Of a stretch of 64,000 bases of DNA, positions 47,561 to 56,023 are shown piece after piece. This DNA is from Paludibacteraceae bacterium (GTDB taxonomy: Bacteria; Bacteroidota; Bacteroidia; Bacteroidales; Paludibacteraceae): assembly GCA_016295035.1 (NCBI GenBank), contig JAEDLW010000001.1, forward strand, positions 2,149 to 66,148, read 5' to 3'. Made by a program: the position numbers and the translations under genes. The stretch's first letter is position 1. Every line of letters starts with the position of its first letter. The notes beneath the pieces were generated by a model, which saw nothing but the letters and a program-made list of their open reading frames with translations, was not told the DNA's origin and made no database searches.

Positions 47561-49444
47561 ATGAAAAAACAGTATTTACTCTATGCTCTCGCTCTATTTT
47601 TCGTAGTAGGCTCGATGAGCAGTTGTAAAGAGGACATCGACCTTGACAACCTCGATACACAAGCCGAGGTGGAGTTGGGCTTAGCTATCCCAATGGGTTC
47701 GATGACTGCCAATATAGGCAACTTCATCGGTAACGGCAAAGTAGATGGTATTTACGTCGGCGATGACAGGTTACTTTATTTCCGCGACACATTCGACATC
47801 AGCCGTAAGTTCCACGATGTAGACCTAAAATCAAAGATTACAGACTTTGGTCCGAAGCATTTCAATGTCCATGATAAACTCAATGAAATGGGCTATCTGG
47901 ATGCTTCCGGTAAGGTAAAAACGGACAAATTAGGAATCCCTATCACTTTAGACTTCCCATTCTGGTTAAAACTTAAGAACATCAATTCAAACATCTACGA
48001 CGAACGTTTGGATAGTGCCATGATTATCAACTCTTACTTCACGAGTAAGATAGGTCGTACCAATCTGCCTCTGCTTGAAAGCTGGGTGGACAAAGTAGAA
48101 ATTGAGCTTGGTCCGGAGTTCCATCGTCCTGAAGGCAAGATGGTTGAAGTATGCGGAGCAGGTCAGTTTGCGTATGATTCAAGAATACCTATCTCCATAG
48201 ACCAATTCGTTTTGGATCTTATGACCAAGCATGACGAGACCGATTGGAAGAAATATCCATACAACGTAAAAGACTCGTGCCAATTGCACATTAGATTCAC
48301 TTTCACTATCCCGGCTACGGAGACCTCACTCGTGATTCCTAGTAATGCTACTTACGACTACAATTTGAATGTGCAGTTCGTCAAGTACGAGGCTATCTGG
48401 GGATTCTTCCGTCCGTCAGCTGATATGCGGGACGAAAGCACTATTATCATTGAGGACGAGTGGGCAAAATGGCGTCACTTTAAGAAAGCAACCCTGCCAT
48501 TCCATGATCCTAAGGTGAACGTTATGATCGGTCATACTATTACCGGTGTGATGAACATACATGGTGAGTATCTATACGCAAAAAATACTGAGAAGAATGA
48601 CTCCATTTTTGCTTACTTTGACCCTGGAAGGACTCAAATTAAACGTCAAGAAAGTTTCTGGCGTCCCGGACAATTCTTGCCTCTCGATGCTCCAATTGGC
48701 GACAGTATCCACAATGAAGTGCTCTTCGACAAAGACACCTACCGCGGACAGATTGATAAAATGTTTTACAATCGTCCGGATGTCTTAGGTTATAAATTCT
48801 ATATCGACTTTGACTCTGTATCCACGCCGCAGATACGTATTCTGCCGGATACGCGTATCAAAGTAGCAGCGGACATCTGGGCACCATTTGCCTTCAACGA
48901 AGGTGTCGAAGCCAATTATGTGGATACCACTAAAAACGTGAATATCAGCAAGTACTCGCTTGACTCACTGGTCTCTGGCGTTGATGTCATTGATACGATT
49001 AAGACAAGCAATGTCAAACTCGTGCTACATGCCGAGAACCGCATTCCGCTATCTATTCGAGGTGTCGTTTACTTCTACGATGCAGATATGAATGTCGTAA
49101 TGGATCCGGAAGATCCAAGCAAGCCGCTGCGCATCTCGCAGATTGACACATTGATCTTCAACGCACCACAATACTCGTTCAACGCAGGAATATCTACAAT
49201 CTCAGAGCCTGGTGTGACTATTTACACCATGGATCTGCACAAGAAGCACTTCGATGCATTCACTAAGATTAAGAGCATCCGCTACTTCGTAGAATTGGAC
49301 GGCAAAGACTTACACGACGAGTATAAGACAGACCCGAACTTCTTGATTCGTCTTACTTCAGACGATCAGCTGAAGCTTAATATAGGTTTAGCTACGGATA
49401 TTGATGCCGTGCTTAACTTTAACAAAAAGGATAAAAAGAAATAA
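47561..49444 (+). CDS. Hypothetical lipoprotein (627 aa)
   Basis: It has the lipobox-type signal MKKQYLLYALALFFVVGSMSSC. I recognised no catalytic motif. It lies 16 nt upstream of the OmpA-family gene. Confidence 0.55.
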   Translation: MKKQYLLYALALFFVVGSMSSCKEDIDLDNLDTQAEVELGLAIPMGSMTANIGNFIGNGKVDGIYVGDDRLLYFRDTFDISRKFHDVDLKSKITDFGPKHFNVHDKLNEMGYLDASGKVKTDKLGIPITLDFPFWLKLKNINSNIYDERLDSAMIINSYFTSKIGRTNLPLLESWVDKVEIELGPEFHRPEGKMVEVCGAGQFAYDSRIPISIDQFVLDLMTKHDETDWKKYPYNVKDSCQLHIRFTFTIPATETSLVIPSNATYDYNLNVQFVKYEAIWGFFRPSADMRDESTIIIEDEWAKWRHFKKATLPFHDPKVNVMIGHTITGVMNIHGEYLYAKNTEKNDSIFAYFDPGRTQIKRQESFWRPGQFLPLDAPIGDSIHNEVLFDKDTYRGQIDKMFYNRPDVLGYKFYIDFDSVSTPQIRILPDTRIKVAADIWAPFAFNEGVEANYVDTTKNVNISKYSLDSLVSGVDVIDTIKTSNVKLVLHAENRIPLSIRGVVYFYDADMNVVMDPEDPSKPLRISQIDTLIFNAPQYSFNAGISTISEPGVTIYTMDLHKKHFDAFTKIKSIRYFVELDGKDLHDEYKTDPNFLIRLTSDDQLKLNIGLATDIDAVLNFNKKDKKK

Positions 49445-49460
49445 ATAGGAGAACACAACA

Positions 49461-52112
49461 ATGAAACAACTACGCCAAACATTACTAATCGTTCTCCTAT
49501 CCGCAACCTCTTTTGGTTACGCACAGGAAGTAAATACGCTATTCTTCCTTGAGAACGCACCTATGCGTCACATTGTCAACCCAGCTTTCCAGCCGGTAAG
49601 CAACGGTTATGTTAACTTCACGCCTCTGGGCTATATGAGCATCTGGGCAGGTAATAACTCGTTGACGATGCGTGACGTTATCTATAACTACAACGGAAAG
49701 ACTATCACCGCATTGCACCCCGAAGGTGGTGACCGCAATGCACTCTACGACGCCTTCCGTAAGGCTACGCTCATCAATAACCAAATGACGCTCAATATCC
49801 TTGGATTCGGCTTCCGACACAAGGAGAATGGCTATGTCAACATTAACATCACTGAGCGTATTGATGGAGGTGTTAGCCTACCGCGCGGCCTCTTCCAATT
49901 TGCACTCCAAGGCGGAATGAAAGATCTCAATGGCGTCAATACCGTCGACCTTACGCAACTTGGCATGCACGTCATGGCGTACACCGAGATTAGCGGTGGT
50001 TACTCATATAAGCTTAACGAGCACTGGACAGTCGGTGGTAAACTTAAGTTCTTACTTGGTCAAGCCTACGCTTCTATGTGGAACAAAAGCATTACAGCCG
50101 ATGCTTCTATTAAGGAGTGGCATGTAAGGGGAAACGGCCGCGTAGACATAGCTATGCCATTGGAAAAAGTTATGCCTGAGCGCGTTGACTACGATGCCTT
50201 TACAAAGATCAACTTCAACGAAGCGACCACAGGCATGGATATCATGGACTATATTAAGCCATCCGGTTATGGTGCAGCTATTGACATTGGTGCTACCTAC
50301 AAGCCGATTGAGCAAGTTCAGATCTCCTTCGCGTTGAATGACGTCGGTTTCATTTACTGGAACAGGGGAAAAACCTACAAGACCGCTATCGACACTACTT
50401 TCACCGGCGTGGGTAATTTTGAGTACGGACACTACATCGTAGACGACAAGTTCAGCGTGGATAGTCTCTGGAGTGATACGAAAACCTCGCTTATCAAATT
50501 CGCTAAGGGTATGCACTCCCAACCTGGTGAAGCTGGTTTTGCGCGCATGGTTAATATGCACCTCAATGTGGGTGTGGATGCTAACTTCCTGGATAACCTG
50601 CTTGGTGTAGGTGTCTTCAGTAAGACCACACTTTATAACAACCGCCTTTATGAAGAGTTGACCATCGGTGGTACGCTCCGTCCGTGTAACTGGTTCAATC
50701 TGGCTGTCAGCTATTCGCTTATCAATAATGGTAAGTATAGTAATATCGGTGCCGGTATGAGCTTCATGCCGTATGACGGCGTGAACATGACACTCGCTAT
50801 GGATTATATTCCGACCTCGTATGCGTACAAAGGCGATATACCTATTCCTTATCGCTCCAAAGGTATAAACCTTGCACTGGGATTCAGCATTGTATGGGGT
50901 ACGAACCACAAGAACAAAGATTCTGACTTAGATGGTATCTTTGACAAACTTGATGTTTGCCCGAATACACCGACTAACGTATCCGTTGACAAACTGGGGT
51001 GCCCGATTGATTCTGATGGTGACGGTGTGCCTGACTATATTGACAACTGCCCGAATACGCCGTCTGCAGCTTACGGACTGATTGATACGCTCGGCTGTCC
51101 GCTTGATACTGACTCCGACGGAGTATATGACTATCTTGATCTCTGCCCGAATACTGTTCCTGAGGCACGTAATTTCGTGGACGAACACGGTTGTACGCTT
51201 GATACCGATGGTGACGGTGTACCTGATTACATGGATAACTGTCCGAATACGCCTGTTGAAGCACGCGGTTATATAGACGAGCATGGTTGCGAACTTGATA
51301 CCGACTCTGACGGCGTTTATGACTACCTTGACAAATGTCCTGGCACGCCAATTGAAGCACGTGGCTTCGTTGATGAGAATGGTTGCGAACTTGACACCGA
51401 CGGTGATAGCGTTCCTGACTGGAAGGATAAGTGCCCGAATACACCGGTAGAAGCACGTGGTTATATCGATGAGTTTGGTTGCGAACTTGATTCCGATGGT
51501 GACGGAGTACCTGATTATAAGGACGAATGTCCGACGGTAGCCGGTCTCGATTACAATAAGGGTTGTCCGGAAGTGAAGAAAGAAATCCGTAACCTGCTCA
51601 AGAAGGCTATGCAAGGTATCCAGTTCGAAACGGGTAAAGCTGTTATCAAACCTGTTTCCTTCCCGCTGTTGAACCAAATTGCGCAACAGTTCATCGAGAA
51701 CACCAACTTCATTATTGAAGTACAGGGTCATACCGATAACGTAGGTAAGGAAGACTACAACCTCAAGCTCTCTGACGCACGTGCGAACAGTGTGATGAAC
51801 TACCTCGTTAAGCAAGGTGTTCCGCAAGAGCGCATCTCGGCCAAAGGTTATGGTATGTCTCGTCCGATAGAAGACAACAAGACCAAAGCAGGTCGTGCGA
51901 AGAACCGTCGCGTTGAGTTCGATATCACTTTCGAGGAAGTGAAGGTTGAAACCGAACTACAGTACTTCGATTCAGCTGCTTATCTCCGCCACGTACAAAA
52001 AATGGAGAAAATGAGAATGGATAGTTTGCGTCAAGACAGCCTCAAGAATGCGACTATTCAGAAACTAAACCAGCAAAAACAAGAGCTCAACCAGCTCCAA
52101 GAAACAAAATAG
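49461..52112 (+). CDS. Outer-membrane protein: N-terminal beta-barrel-like domain (PorP/SprF- or DUF5723-like), six thrombospondin type-3 Ca-binding repeats, C-terminal OmpA/MotB peptidoglycan-binding domain
   Basis: It has a signal peptide ending FGYAQE, the repeated DTDGDGVPDYxDxCPNTP, and the OmpA_C pattern IQFETGKAVI..GHTDNVG...NLKLSDARANSV...NRRVEF. Confidence 0.8.
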   Translation: MKQLRQTLLIVLLSATSFGYAQEVNTLFFLENAPMRHIVNPAFQPVSNGYVNFTPLGYMSIWAGNNSLTMRDVIYNYNGKTITALHPEGGDRNALYDAFRKATLINNQMTLNILGFGFRHKENGYVNINITERIDGGVSLPRGLFQFALQGGMKDLNGVNTVDLTQLGMHVMAYTEISGGYSYKLNEHWTVGGKLKFLLGQAYASMWNKSITADASIKEWHVRGNGRVDIAMPLEKVMPERVDYDAFTKINFNEATTGMDIMDYIKPSGYGAAIDIGATYKPIEQVQISFALNDVGFIYWNRGKTYKTAIDTTFTGVGNFEYGHYIVDDKFSVDSLWSDTKTSLIKFAKGMHSQPGEAGFARMVNMHLNVGVDANFLDNLLGVGVFSKTTLYNNRLYEELTIGGTLRPCNWFNLAVSYSLINNGKYSNIGAGMSFMPYDGVNMTLAMDYIPTSYAYKGDIPIPYRSKGINLALGFSIVWGTNHKNKDSDLDGIFDKLDVCPNTPTNVSVDKLGCPIDSDGDGVPDYIDNCPNTPSAAYGLIDTLGCPLDTDSDGVYDYLDLCPNTVPEARNFVDEHGCTLDTDGDGVPDYMDNCPNTPVEARGYIDEHGCELDTDSDGVYDYLDKCPGTPIEARGFVDENGCELDTDGDSVPDWKDKCPNTPVEARGYIDEFGCELDSDGDGVPDYKDECPTVAGLDYNKGCPEVKKEIRNLLKKAMQGIQFETGKAVIKPVSFPLLNQIAQQFIENTNFIIEVQGHTDNVGKEDYNLKLSDARANSVMNYLVKQGVPQERISAKGYGMSRPIEDNKTKAGRAKNRRVEFDITFEEVKVETELQYFDSAAYLRHVQKMEKMRMDSLRQDSLKNATIQKLNQQKQELNQLQETK

Positions 52113-52124
52113 ATTTTAATTATT

Positions 52125-52149
52125 CATTAATCATTAATCATTAATCATT
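52125..52149. repeat. About 3.6 copies of the heptamer CATTAAT (minus strand TGATTAA)
   Basis: cattaat cattaat cattaat cattg lies between the OmpA-family stop (52112) and the yebC start (52156). Confidence 0.85.
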
Positions 52150-52155
52150 GATAAT

Positions 52156-52875
52156 ATGGGACGCGCTTTTGAATACAGAAAAGCTACAAAACTGAAACGC
52201 TGGGGACATATGGCCCGCACGTTCACTAAACTGGGTAAAGAAATCACTATTGCTGCTCGCGAAGGCGGAGCTGATCCGGATTGTAACCCGCGCTTGCGTA
52301 TGCTTATTCAGCAATGCAAACGCGAGAACATGCCAAAAGACAATATCGATCGCGCCATCAAAAAGGCTACCGATAAGTCGTCTGAGGGCTACAAGGAAAT
52401 TAACTACGAAGGATACGGCCCACACGGCATCGCTATCTTTATCGAGACCGCGACAGATAACCACATGCGCACCGTGGCAAATATTCGCTCCTACTTCACA
52501 AAGCATGGAGGAAACCTCGGTACACAAGGTTGCTTGCAGTTCCTCTTTGACCGCAAAGCTTGCTTTACGGTTACAATGAAGGAAGGCATCGACCTTGACG
52601 AACTCGAACTCGAACTTATCGACTTCGGAGTTGAAGAACTCGATGTGGATGAGGAAGAGAACACGATTGTTATCTATTGCGATTTCGACCAATACTCTGG
52701 TATGCAGAAGTATCTTGAGGATAACGGTTTTGAAATTCAATCGTGCGAGTTCGTCCGCATCCCGAATGATACCAAACAACTCACCGATGAACAACGCGAG
52801 TCTGTTCAGAAACTCATCGATAAGATCGAAGAGGACGAGGACGTTCAAAACGTGTTCACCAATATCGCAGAGTAA
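52156..52875 (+). CDS. yebC: YebC/PmpR-family DNA-binding regulatory protein
   Basis: It has the family-typical N-terminus MGRAFEYRKATKLKRWGHMARTFTKLGKEITIAAREGGADPDCNPRLR. Confidence 0.9.
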   Translation: MGRAFEYRKATKLKRWGHMARTFTKLGKEITIAAREGGADPDCNPRLRMLIQQCKRENMPKDNIDRAIKKATDKSSEGYKEINYEGYGPHGIAIFIETATDNHMRTVANIRSYFTKHGGNLGTQGCLQFLFDRKACFTVTMKEGIDLDELELELIDFGVEELDVDEEENTIVIYCDFDQYSGMQKYLEDNGFEIQSCEFVRIPNDTKQLTDEQRESVQKLIDKIEEDEDVQNVFTNIAE

Positions 52876-52924
52876 TAAACGCGAAGCTATAAACGCCAAA
52901 GGCAATAAACGCGCAGTAATAAAC

Positions 52925-53542
52925 ATGAAATTAATAGCCGATTATTTCAAACTAACCGAACGTCAGGCTGAGCAATTCGCTCAGCTTGATGTTCTTTATC
53001 CCGAGTGGAACGCCAAGATCAACCTCATCTCACGCAAGGACATCGATAATCTCGAAGAACATCACCTACTCCACTCACTCGCTATTGCCAAAATCATTCA
53101 GTTCCAACCCGGAACAACTATCCTTGACGTCGGCACAGGAGGCGGTTTCCCGGGGATTCCGCTCGCTATCATGTTCCCTGAGTGCCAATTCACACTTATC
53201 GACTCTATCGGTAAGAAAATCCGCGTGGCGCAGGATATCGCTGAGCGCATAGGACTAACAAACGTCGAGTGCATCCAAGAGCGTGCTGAAGAAGAGAAAC
53301 GTCAATTCGATTTCGTCGTCTCTCGTGCCGTAATGCCACTACCCGATCTCGTTAAACTCGTCCGCAAGAACATACACCATCGCCACAAGAACGCCATGCC
53401 TAATGGCCTCATCGTACTCAAAGGTGGCGACCTTCAGGCTGAAACGCATCCTTTCCGCAACATCGTAGAACTCACCGACCTTCAGACCTTCTTTCCTACC
53501 GACTGGTTCAAAACCAAACAAGCCATCTACCTTCCACTCTAA
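52925..53542 (+). CDS. rsmG: 16S rRNA (guanine527-N7)-methyltransferase RsmG (GidB)
   Basis: I trimmed the track ORF 52595.. to MKLIADYFKLTERQAEQF (ATG at 52925, 205 aa). It has the SAM motif DVGTGGGFPGIPLAI. Confidence 0.88.
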   Translation: MKLIADYFKLTERQAEQFAQLDVLYPEWNAKINLISRKDIDNLEEHHLLHSLAIAKIIQFQPGTTILDVGTGGGFPGIPLAIMFPECQFTLIDSIGKKIRVAQDIAERIGLTNVECIQERAEEEKRQFDFVVSRAVMPLPDLVKLVRKNIHHRHKNAMPNGLIVLKGGDLQAETHPFRNIVELTDLQTFFPTDWFKTKQAIYLPL

Positions 53543-53580
53543 CCTACTTGAGTTCTTTTCTACTCTTCTCTTTTTCTTGT

Positions 53581-53844
53581 TTGCTCAGCATCCAACTCTT
53601 AATTGCTCAGCATCTAACTCTTATTTGCTCAGCTTCTAACTCTAATTTGCTCAGCATCCAACTCTTATTTACTCAGCTTCTAACTCTTATTTACTCAGCA
53701 TCTAACTCTTATTTGCTCAGCATCTAACTCTTGTTTACTCAGCATCTAACTCTAATTTACTCAGCTTCTAACTCTTATTTACTCAGCATCTAACTCTTAT
53801 TTGCTCAGCATCTAACTCTTATTTACTCAGCATCCAGTTCTGTT
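53581..53844. repeat. Twelve head-to-tail copies of a 22-bp unit (TTRCTCAGCWTCYAACTCTWAT)
   Basis: The units have exact 22-bp register from 53581 with no spacers. Variation is confined to a few positions (G/A at 3, A/T at 10, C/T at 13, and the unit end). Confidence 0.95.
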
Positions 53845-53943
53845 CCCGTTATTACTATGTGATTAGTATGTGGTTAGTATGTGATTAGTATGTGATTAGT
53901 ATGTGATTAGTATGTGATTACTATGTGGTTAGTATGTTACTAA
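53845..53943. repeat. About 8-9 copies of an 11-bp unit (TATGTGATTAG / TATGTGGTTAG)
   Basis: The units run in register from 53856 to 53943, with a degenerate copy before them. The array directly abuts the 22-bp array. Confidence 0.95.
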
Positions 53944-54001
53944 CCTTTTTGTAAGCCAAGGGAAGGCTAAGAGTAATAAAATTTTTATACCACTTTTATA
54001 C

Positions 54002-54033
54002 AAAAAAAGTCCTGCCGTGAAGCAGGACTTTTT
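54002..54033. terminator. Bidirectional rho-independent terminator between convergent rsmG and the WG-repeat gene
   Basis: The sequence is AAAAAAAGTCCTGC-cgtgaa-GCAGGACTTTTT: an 8-bp GC-rich stem flanked by an A-run and a T-run. Confidence 0.8.
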
Positions 54034-54054
54034 CATGTTTATCAACTTAGATGA

Positions 54055-55254
54055 TTAGTCTTGAATACGGTAGCCCCATTGGGTAGCCTTCATCATTTCC
54101 TTGAAGTCTACGCGTTTGCCATTCTTAACGGCTTTCTTAGCAGGAGCCCAATCTGCATCACCAAAGGAATTAGAATCGCTCTCTTTCCAAGAATAAACGA
54201 TAGCACCCTTCTCGTTGATGTATTTGTACTCTATGCCGGTAGGATCATACTTGGTAACCAAGCACAGACCTTGACGCCAAATGGTAGCAGGATATTCACC
54301 CGTAGCCAGAGTAAGCAAAGTCTTACCATTCTCGTCGATAGTTTCATAGTTTGCATCTTCTGTACGAGCAATCCATGCTTTACCATCACAGAAAGGACCA
54401 GCATCAGCGAATTGCAGAGCAATCTTAACCTTACCGTTCTTGTCGATATAGCCCCATTTGTCATTTGCACTAACAGCCATAAGGTCACCATCCGTGAAAC
54501 CGATACCATCCCAATCATCATAGATAGCTTGAACGATGATATTACCCTTGCAGTCCATCAAACCAACTTTACCAGATTGAGCATCTTGGAAACCAATACG
54601 CTCTCCACCTACGTTAGACAGACCTTTGGTACTTTGAAGTCCAACAGTGAATTCACCGCTCTTGTTGATAACGCCCATATTGTCGCCCAATACAACAACT
54701 GCGTAACCTTGATCGAAAGTGTATGCAAAATCATACATCGGAGCAATCTTGGTTTCACCATTTTTGTCGAGGTAACCCCACTTGCCATCAGCGGTTTGTT
54801 GTGCAGCAACTAAGCCGTCACCGCTCATATAACCGAGTTGTACATAAGCCGGTTGAATAACGATCTCGAAGTTCTTGTTCAGCATACCCCAGAGTTTACT
54901 GCTGGTAATGTAACGTACATGGTCATAGTAAAACCAATTAGCTATGCCATCAAAATCAGGAGCATTTTGGATGTTATTCTTCTCATCAATGAAATAGACA
55001 GAATTCTCGCTCACGCGAACGAGTGCGTAACCGCAGCTGAAGTTACAAGCAGACAGGTAGGTAGCAGGAATAGCAAAATTACCTTTCTCATCGATGTAGC
55101 CATAATAACACTTCTCAATACCTTGAGAGTCTTTGCTAACAGAGCATGCATACCAAAGCTTCGTTGTCGAAGTTTCAGGCGAGTGGTCGTTGTTGCAACC
55201 AATAAACATTGCAGCAACCATCATAAGTCCTGCAAAAAGAATAGTTTTTTTCAT
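54055..55254 (-). CDS. WG-repeat (KWG) containing lipoprotein
   Basis: It has the signal and lipobox MKKTILFAGLMMVAAMFIGC, and repeated GKWGYLDKNGETKIAPMYD / DKWGYIDKNGKVKIALQF units. Confidence 0.8.
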   Translation of the reverse strand: MKKTILFAGLMMVAAMFIGCNNDHSPETSTTKLWYACSVSKDSQGIEKCYYGYIDEKGNFAIPATYLSACNFSCGYALVRVSENSVYFIDEKNNIQNAPDFDGIANWFYYDHVRYITSSKLWGMLNKNFEIVIQPAYVQLGYMSGDGLVAAQQTADGKWGYLDKNGETKIAPMYDFAYTFDQGYAVVVLGDNMGVINKSGEFTVGLQSTKGLSNVGGERIGFQDAQSGKVGLMDCKGNIIVQAIYDDWDGIGFTDGDLMAVSANDKWGYIDKNGKVKIALQFADAGPFCDGKAWIARTEDANYETIDENGKTLLTLATGEYPATIWRQGLCLVTKYDPTGIEYKYINEKGAIVYSWKESDSNSFGDADWAPAKKAVKNGKRVDFKEMMKATQWGYRIQD

Positions 55255-55342
55255 TTGTTTTTTGTTTTAGTTATTAATAAATGTTGTATCAACATCCTCT
55301 AAACAGGAAGTCTTTTACACACACACAATTTCTAATTTGCCA

Positions 55343-55350
55343 CAAAAGTA
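55343..55350 (-). promoter_or_regulatory. -7 box TACTTTTG upstream of the WG-repeat gene
   Basis: The minus strand reads tataTACTTTTGtggc, about 90 nt upstream of the ATG at 55254. Confidence 0.4.
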
Positions 55351-55423
55351 TATAAATAATTTCATTCTTACAAATAAAATGAAGATTCTTTCGACTTTTT
55401 TTGCATATTTTATGATTTTTCAC

Positions 55424-55431
55424 TATCTTTG
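55424..55431 (+). promoter_or_regulatory. -7 box TATCTTTG upstream of the MBL-fold hydrolase gene
   Basis: cacTATCTTTGcaccc lies 20 nt before the ATG at 55451. Confidence 0.5.
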
Positions 55432-55450
55432 CACCCAAAATCGAACGAAT

Positions 55451-56023
55451 ATGCTGTATATCAAGACTTTTTATTGCAACCCATTCCGCGAGTGCACTTA
55501 TATTCTGACCTTATCGGAACCAAATGATCAACCCCAGCCATGTTTGATTATTGACCCGGGTATGTACGGAAGTAATGAAGAGAGCCGCATTCTCACTTTT
55601 TTGGGAGAGCATCGTCTTACGCCGTCCGCCATACTAATTACGCATGAGCATTTGGACCATGTATGCGGTTTAGATGTTATACTGAAGTCATATCCAGATA
55701 TTCCAAAATACGGTTATAACTACGAGCACGAAAATGAAAACACTCCGGTGACGATAGCCGGTTTCTCATTCCGGATGCTTTACACACCAGGGCATAAGGA
55801 AGATGCTGTTTGCTTCTATTTTGAGCAAGAAAATATACTTTTCTCCGGCGACACACTTTTCCAAGAAAGCATAGGCCGCACAGACTTGCCCGGTGGCGAT
55901 TATGTGACCCTACAAGCTTCTCTCCGCCGTCTTAGCCAACTGCCTGAAAAAACAGTAGTGTACCCGGGTCACGGATACACTACCACAATTGCGCACGAGA
56001 AAGCGCATAATCCTTATTTATAA
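55451..56023 (+). CDS. MBL-fold metallo-hydrolase (glyoxalase II-like)
   Basis: I trimmed the start to MLYIKTFYCNPF. It has the metal motif THEHLDH and downstream GHKED / GDTLF. The longer track ORF would start upstream of its own promoter box. Confidence 0.85.
   Translation: MLYIKTFYCNPFRECTYILTLSEPNDQPQPCLIIDPGMYGSNEESRILTFLGEHRLTPSAILITHEHLDHVCGLDVILKSYPDIPKYGYNYEHENENTPVTIAGFSFRMLYTPGHKEDAVCFYFEQENILFSGDTLFQESIGRTDLPGGDYVTLQASLRRLSQLPEKTVVYPGHGYTTTIAHEKAHNPYL

Noticed and set aside
50052-51827. Long minus-strand ORFs of 285 aa, 299 aa and 160 aa lie opposite the OmpA-family gene.
   Set aside because: They are antisense shadow frames kept open by the repetitive, codon-biased TSP3 region. 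Their translations are low-complexity (R/T/V/I-rich) with no motifs, and the plus-strand gene is clearly real.
52141-52926. A 261-aa minus-strand ORF lies opposite yebC, and a 315-aa plus ORF spans 52595..53542.
   Set aside because: The minus ORF is antisense to the unmistakable YebC frame. The 315-aa ORF is an out-of-frame read through the yebC 3' end fused to rsmG, whose real start is the ATG at 52925.
53581-53943. The regular short-repeat arrays could be mistaken for a CRISPR array.
   Set aside because: The units are head-to-tail with no unique spacers. The unit lengths (22 and 11 bp) are too short. No cas genes are in the window.
54061-55302. Plus-strand ORFs of 250 aa and 154 aa lie opposite the WG-repeat gene.
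   Set aside because: They are antisense shadows of a gene with a clear lipoprotein signal and KWG repeats.
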